NCBI GenBank assembly: GCA_028534125.1
Contig: CM052832.1
Location: 7,938,001-8,002,000, forward strand
Source: Lama glama
Taxonomy: Eukaryota
Direction: 5' to 3'
Length of the DNA: 64,000 bases
The notes beneath the pieces were generated by a model. It was not told where the DNA came from, searched no databases, and saw only the letters and a program-made list of their open reading frames with translations. Numbering within the stretch: the stretch's first letter is position 1; each line of letters begins with the position of its first letter. Made by a program: the position numbers and the translations under genes. This document shows positions 57,433 to 64,000 of the stretch, in pieces.

Positions 57433-58122
57433 GCTTTTATGAAAAACAGTATGGAGATTCCTCAAAAAACTAAAAATACATTTACCATATGATCCAGCAA
57501 TCCCACTCCTGGCCATATATCCAGAGGGAACCTTAATTCAAAAAGATACCCCCAATGTTCATAGCAGCACTATTTACAATAGCCAAGACATGGAAACAAC
57601 CTAAATGTCCATCAACAGATGACTGGATAAAGAAGCTGTGGTATATGTATACAATGGAATACTACTCAGCCATAAAAAATAATAAAATAATGCCATTTGC
57701 AGCAACATGGACGGACCTGGAGAATGACATTCTAACTGAAGTAAGCCAGTAAAAGAAAGAAAAATACCATATGATATCACTTACATGTGGAATCTAAAAA
57801 AAAAAAGACAAACAAACTTATTTACAAAACAGAAACAGACTCACAGAAACAAACTTATGGTTATAGGGGAGGGGGGAAGAGGGTGGGAAGGGATAAATTG
57901 GGAGTTCTAGATTTGCAGATACTAACTAATATACATAAAATAGATAAACAACAAGTTTATACTGTATCGCACAGGGAAATATATTCAATATCTTGTAGTA
58001 ACTTATTGTGAAAAAGAATATGTACTGTGAAATATGAACATGTAAATGAATATATTCATTTATACCAGAAATTGATATAACACTGTAAACTGACTATACT
58101 TCAATAAAAATATATTATAAAC
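57433..58122 (+). mobile_element. 5'-truncated L1 with 18-bp TSD, inserted in an hAT-like element
   Basis: ORF 57555..57752 (MFIAALFTIAKTWKQPKCPSTDDWIKKLWY...) is the L1 ORF2 C-terminus; TSD aaataaatacaaaatcca at 57415-57432 and 58123-58140. Confidence 0.92.
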
Positions 58123-59289
58123 AAATAAATACAAAATCCATTACATGTTAGCATAAACAACATATTTTTATGAAAAATATATTCTCAAAAAAGAGTGAGA
58201 AGAGAAGCACTGTTTTACATGGTTGCTACTCTCTTTAATATCTGGCTTAATAAAAGATGGATAGGTTCTCAATTCTACTTCTGCATTCAATCTGTTCTGA
58301 TACGTTGTTTGTGTTGGCATATATGAAGAAAACACAGCCTTACAAACATAGTTGGAAAAGGGAGGACCTCACAGACCTCCTAAATGCATTTTGGGGACCC
58401 CCAAAGTCTTTGTACCACACCGAAGAACCACTGCTCTAGGCATTACAACATATATTCTTAACTTCTCAGAGTCTTCCCAGAGTAAATATGACACTACCTT
58501 ATGTAAAATGTAAGAATTTTGCAACTATATACTCTTAGTCATATATATTGTGCAACATAAAGGACAGGAACATTAAATAGAACTATACAATTGCAAAATT
58601 CTTTTGCTTTAAACATTTAAATGTGTTTTAAATAAATTGAGGAAAAAAGATGGCCTTTTATACTTATCCACAATCACCATTCTTAGTGTTCTTCATTCAC
58701 CTACTGACTCCACTTTCTGTCTGGTAGTATTTCCATGTGGCCTGAAGAATCTTGTGTTGCAGTCAGCTGACAATAAACTCTTTGTTTTTATCTGAAAATT
58801 TTATTTTTTGTCTTCATTCTTAGAATATGTTTATGCCGGATATGGAATTCTGTGTTGACAGGTTTTTTTTTTCTTTCAGCACTTTAAAGATGCCTTTCCA
58901 CTCTCTTCTGGTCTGATGAAAAGTCAGCTTAACGACAAATTTTTCCATTGCTAAACTAGCGACTATCTCTTTAATGTATTAAAATGTTAGAGGCTAACAG
59001 TCTCTTGTCTCCTTTTCCATATTAAAAAAACAAATCTTCCAAAGGAGAGAGGGAGGAGCCACACATATATACATATCATTATGCTTCTGCTTAAGGCTTG
59101 TGTTTTAAGATCTGAAAGATGATACTACCTAAGGCTATTAGATGAGATGAAGGCCTATGTTGATAGTGTTTAGAACTCAAATACTGGCCAAGGTTCAGGA
59201 CTTCAACCACCTCCCTGCAAACATGCTCACGCCTGCCCCTCCCTCCATCACACTGGGCTGGCAGAACCCCAGCTCTAATTACATCCAAA

Positions 59290-60665
59290 TATCCGCCTGC
59301 TCTGTGCTTGCACCTGAGCAGCTGAGCATGGATGGCAAAAAGCCCACAGTGCTGATCAGCCTCAGTTTTAATCGAAGATCTCAGATCTTAAATGAGCAGC
59401 CAACGCTGTCAGCTAATTCAGCTTTCCTAGTAAATCTTCTTTCAAGATAGCAATTTCACCTCTTCACCTTACCGCATATTCATTAGGGAAATAGACACAT
59501 GCACATGAGTCCTCCCTTGTTTCCGAGCTCCAGATCCAGTAACCTAGTGCATCTGTATCCAGATCTCCCCTTCTTCCTGTAATGGAAGGAGTGTCCTTGC
59601 TCATGACTGTAGTCTATCCCTTCACTTTGTATTGAATTTTTCAGTCTCCTCAAGTACTTAAAAACGTTGCTACTGCAATGACACTCCCCTTCTCCTGCTT
59701 TGTCAATTTACTCTCTGTACTGTCACACCCATCTCCATACAAACAAGCCTTAATATTGCTGTCCTTAAAAATAAATATGCTCCCTAGAGCCCATAGCCCC
59801 TTCCAGACTCCTTTTTTTCTCCTCTTTTCCTGCAAAATCCCTCCCAAGTTGCCTATATTTCCTGTCTCCACCTTCTCACTCACTCCAATTGGGATTTCCT
59901 TCCCACTATCCCACTGAAATTTCTCCCATCTTGCCCAGTCCATTGATAGGTCTCTGCTCTCATCTTGCTCAGCCCTCAGCAGCACTTGATACAACTGGCC
60001 GCTCCATTCTCCTGAATATCATCGCCTTTTCTCGAGGCTTTGGTGTGACCTCACTCTTACCAGTTTTCCTCCCGATCCCAGCCGCTTTTTCAGGCTTCCC
60101 TGCAGGGGTCTACTCTTCCAGCTCCCCAGAATACAGCGCAGGACATGACCCTCCTTCCGTCCCCTCCATCCGGCTCTTCCATTAGGTGATCTTACCTCAT
60201 CCAGGACCACCAATGTACTAGTGACTCCCAAATCTATAGCTGCAGCCCTGATCTTGTCTCAGTGCTCCAGAATTTTATATCCAACACTGAATGACATCTC
60301 CACTTGGATGTCTAAATCCTGATTTCCCTCCAGACTTGCTCCTTCTCAAGGCTTTCCCATGTCAGTGAATGGTACAACTACCTACATAATTTCAGTACTT
60401 AGAAATCAGTCCTTTCCCTCTTTCCCTGCATCCCAGTGTGTGTGTATATATATATATAGCTGTCTCTCCACATATGGCCTGAATCCAACCACTTCTTGTC
60501 TCCACTGCTGCACTCCTGTCCATTACTTCTTTCCTGGACAACAACATCCTAATATGCATTCCTGCTTCCCCACTTGCCCTCGTAGTCCATTCTCTCCTAC
60601 TGTTATAATCGTTCAAAAGTATAAATCACATCATGTTGCTCCCCTGCTTAAAACCCTCTAATGAA
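59290..60665 (+). mobile_element. Ancient L2-like fragment(s)
   Basis: Pyrimidine-rich, with L2-like motifs (ctcagcagcacttgatacaactggcc; gacatctccacttggatgtc; ctcccctgcttaaaaccct). Confidence 0.6.
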
Positions 60666-61672
60666 ATATTTTATCTATAAATATATATTCTCCCTATCTC
60701 CGTCCTCTGTAAATACCTAGAAACAGTAACTAATCCCGTAGCAATGAGCATCCCCAGCACCGAGTTTGTAGTTTTGAACTCTCATTTCCCAGTAAAAGTA
60801 ACTAGAACTTTTGGAAATGGCTGATTCCAAGACTAGGGTGAGGAATGCACAAAAAATGAGCCAGAAATATTTTGTCATCACAGAAACCAAGAAAACTATC
60901 GATGACTACCAGGGTCATGTCAAAAAGACTCGGAAGCCAAATCAAAGAGGTTCCCACTGACCAAAAGTGGGACAATTTGAGTTTTAACAGAGAGAACAAT
61001 TACAATGGATTAAAACCACCAAATATGCTGCAATCCATGAATTCATAATGATGTTTAAAAATATAATAACAGGATAATAGGTCACCTTTGAAAGGTGATA
61101 GGAAAGAAATTCATTATCTTAAACACTGATAACTAAAGGGGGGAAATTAAGCATTTATCCCACCTTTTCTCCATGAACGATACCACTGGCGAACAAATAA
61201 TAAATTAAAGGAAGCATCTCTTTAGAGAAAGATTCCAACTAACAATGGAAAAGAGATGGCAGAATTAGCATATCACCATGTTGCATCTCCTGTGAATTAA
61301 CAGGTATAGGCTTTATGTACACAAGTGGCTGCTAAGCTCACAGAAAGACAACCAGACCTCAACGCGCCCTCTGGTGAAAGGGCACACTACTGTCTAGAGT
61401 CTGGCCAAGAGGATCCAAATCTGTGTCTGATCAGCCTCTAGATCCAGGTACATGAACTAGAGAAGGCAGAGGAACATGCTGCATATGAGTTGAATGTTGT
61501 TAAATATGCAGTCAGCAAAAACTTAGACTGTGGAAAACTCTACAGGTCATGCCTCCCTGGCTCTGCAACAGACACACTGTAAGGGAAAGAATGGGATTCA
61601 GAAGGGAGGGAATCTATAATTTAAAGGACTTAAAACGCATATCAAGTAAGCTTTTTAAAATAACAGACAAGA

Positions 61673-61760
61673 TGGGGGGGTATAGCTCAGTGGCAGAATG
61701 CTTGCTTAGCATGCACAAGGCTGTGGGTTCAATCCCCAGTACCTCCATTAATAAATAAAT
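61673..61760 (+). mobile_element. tRNA-derived SINE
   Basis: gggggggtatagctcagtggcagaatgcttgcttagcatgcacaagg...gggttcaatccccagtacctcc followed by an AT-rich tail. Confidence 0.88.
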
Positions 61761-61984
61761 TAACAAGTTTTAAATAGTAATAATGTCTAAGGATGAATAA
61801 TCAGGGGATAAAACTATAAAGACAGTGAAGTAGTGATGACTACGAAAATCAGGGTAGTGGTCACCTTTGGGAGGAGGAAGGTGGTTGGGGCCGAGGCAGA
61901 ATCTATGGAAGGCTCCTCGGTGGCGGCAAAGTTCCATTTCACATCCTGGATAGTGGATATAAAGATGTTTGCCTTCTTGACTTT

Positions 61985-62400
61985 TCTTTTCTTTCTTTTT
62001 TTTTTTTAAATTGAAGTATAGTTGATTTACAATGTTGTGTTAGTTTCTGGTACACAGCAAAAAAATGATCCAGTTATATACATATATTCTTTTTCAGATT
62101 ATTTTCCATTATAGTTTACTACAAGATATTGTAGTTGAATGGAGTTCCCCATGCTATACAGCAGGACCTTGTTGTTTACCTATTTTATAAATAGCTTTTA
62201 TCTGCTAATCTCAAACACCTAATTTATTCCTACTGCCCTCTTTCCCCTTTGATAGCCAAGTTTGTTTTCTGAGTTTATTTCTGTTTTGTAAATAAGCTCA
62301 TTTGTATATTTTAGATTCCACATAAAAGTGACATCGTATGATATCTGTCTTTCTCCGTCTGACTGACTTCGCTTAGTATGATTATCTCTAGGTCCATCCT
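61985..62400 (-). mobile_element. L1 3' end
   Basis: Poly(T) followed by aattgaagtatagttgatttacaatgttgtgttagtttctgg, the artiodactyl L1 3' UTR on the reverse strand. Confidence 0.85.
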
Positions 62401-62599
62401 TGGTTGGCTTTTCTATATCTGTGTTTTATTATCTGATTTAGGGGAAATTTTTTTCTAAAAAATCTCTAATACAGGGGTTGGCAAATTTTTTTCCAAGTGG
62501 CCAGACAGTATTTTTCATTTTACAGGCCAAGAGGCAAAATCCAGGATATTATGTAGGTACCTACATAACCATTTAAAATATAACCATTTAAAAATGCAT

Positions 62600-62875
62600 A
62601 AGGACAAACCGGAGCATTGCGACCCTCGAAGGTCCCTAATCCTTGAATTTCCCATCCCAGGAGGCTCCCACCTTCCCAGCCCCGCCATCTACGCCCCCAG
62701 CCCTTCTGGTTGCGGAGAGCGCCCCGCGCTGCGCTTCTCCCCCGCCGCTGGTCCGCACTGCCTCCGCGTCTCTTAGCAACTGGAAGACGCAATCTCCACC
62801 CTCACTTGGACTCCAAGTGGAGCGGGTGTAAGCGGGTACGCATGCGCAAAAGGAGCTCCGGGCTCCACCCATCCT
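62600..62875 (-). promoter_or_regulatory. Small CpG island, candidate SPATS1 promoter and first non-coding exon
   Basis: CpG-rich patch with an RFX X-box-like GTCTCTTAGCAAC (62768-62780), an NRF1-like CGCATGCGCA (62839-62848) and a possible minus-strand donor AAG|gtggga at 62672/62671. Confidence 0.55.
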
Positions 62876-64000
62876 CTCCAGGAGAAAGGGGAGATCCCAG
62901 GGGCACCCAAGACCTAGGGCTGGTGCCAAGCGAAAGTCTGTGTCCTGGACTCTTCACTCTAGTCCTGTACCACACCCTTGTCACTCAAGGTATGGTCTAT
63001 AGTAGATGAGGGACAGCAACACCAGCTCCTAGGAGCCTGCTAGACACACACAATTGCAACCTCACTCCAGACATACCAAATCTGTGTCTACATTTTTAAC
63101 AAGATCCCGGCAGGAACCTAGGCGTACTAACGTTTGACAAACGTTGCTTCACAATCCAGATAAGGCAAAGCCATAAATAAATACATCAAAATAGGAACAC
63201 CTCTTATAGGTTGAATTTTTAACTCAGACACTAAAAAACAGCCTTTATGATTTACAAGAGGAAGTTCCCAAAGCTGAGTTCCTTATGATTAGTAAGGGTG
63301 AAAATCCCCTCGTGTCTCCTCTGACCATCAGTCCAGGACGGAATGCATCACTGACCTCGAGTTCCTGCTCTCAAAGTCAATGGGGAAATCAGGAAGGACA
63401 ATTTCCATTCCCAGAGTAAGCGTGTTACTTCTTATGAATAAGGTGGAAAGAGAGGGCTCAAAGAATGGGTGGGTGCCTTGGACTTGCCAAGATAAGTCAG
63501 ACAGCAGCCTAAGGGCCAACCCGAGTCCCTGGGAAGGCAGTACCCAAGCTGAACAGCTCCCAGGAAGCAAGACCCCATTTGCATTTTAAACCCCCAAATG
63601 AAATTCCTATGGATACTAAGACAGTGCATGAGAACTCCTGAGAGAAGTTCCCAAGTCAGTAACTTCCTAGTCTGGTGACTTTTCTCCATATTCATCTATC
63701 TTCGGAAACTGCAGCCCTTCAATTTAACTTCCTTATCAGATGACAGTGACAAGTCAGAATAAGCACATCCAAATCCTAGAAGAACCACTTTGCTTCACTG
63801 GGAAATACTAAAAAGAAGAAACTTACTTACCAGAGGATACCACGTTCAAAGAAAAAAAAAAAGATCATTTTTAGTGGCAAGGACAAGGTGATAAGATGAG
63901 GGAAAACAACTCAAAATATGCATTTCTAAAAATCCATGATACATTCTACAACATGGATAAGGCTTGAAAACATTATGCTAAGTGAAAAAAGGACCATACA

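Overview
Mammalian (eutherian) genomic DNA, probably a camelid, judged from a family of short tRNA-derived SINEs resembling the camelid vic-1 type. It holds two tandem protein-coding genes, both on the minus strand. (1) CDC5L (Prp19/NTC spliceosome Myb-domain protein): exons 1-14 are traced by hand with GT-AG boundaries and continuous phase from the ATG at 25148 to the window edge, and the 3' end lies outside the window. Its CpG-island promoter is at about 24.7-25.6 kb. (2) SPATS1 (spermatogenesis-associated serine-rich 1): seven recognisable coding exons at 29656-43129, plus a candidate initiator exon at 43873-43954 that would complete a 270-aa ORF. A candidate RFX/NRF1 CpG promoter lies at about 62.6-62.9 kb. 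The rest is interspersed repeats (L1, L2, MIR, MaLR LTR, Tigger/hAT, tRNA-SINEs), microsatellites and two 500-N scaffold gaps. I found no evidence of a novel biological system. The most useful leads are the non-human-like SPATS1 N-terminal exon, its putative distal promoter and uORF, an AT-rich inverted repeat, and several nested insertions with clear target-site duplications. Protein and repeat identifications come from recalled sequences, not database searches.
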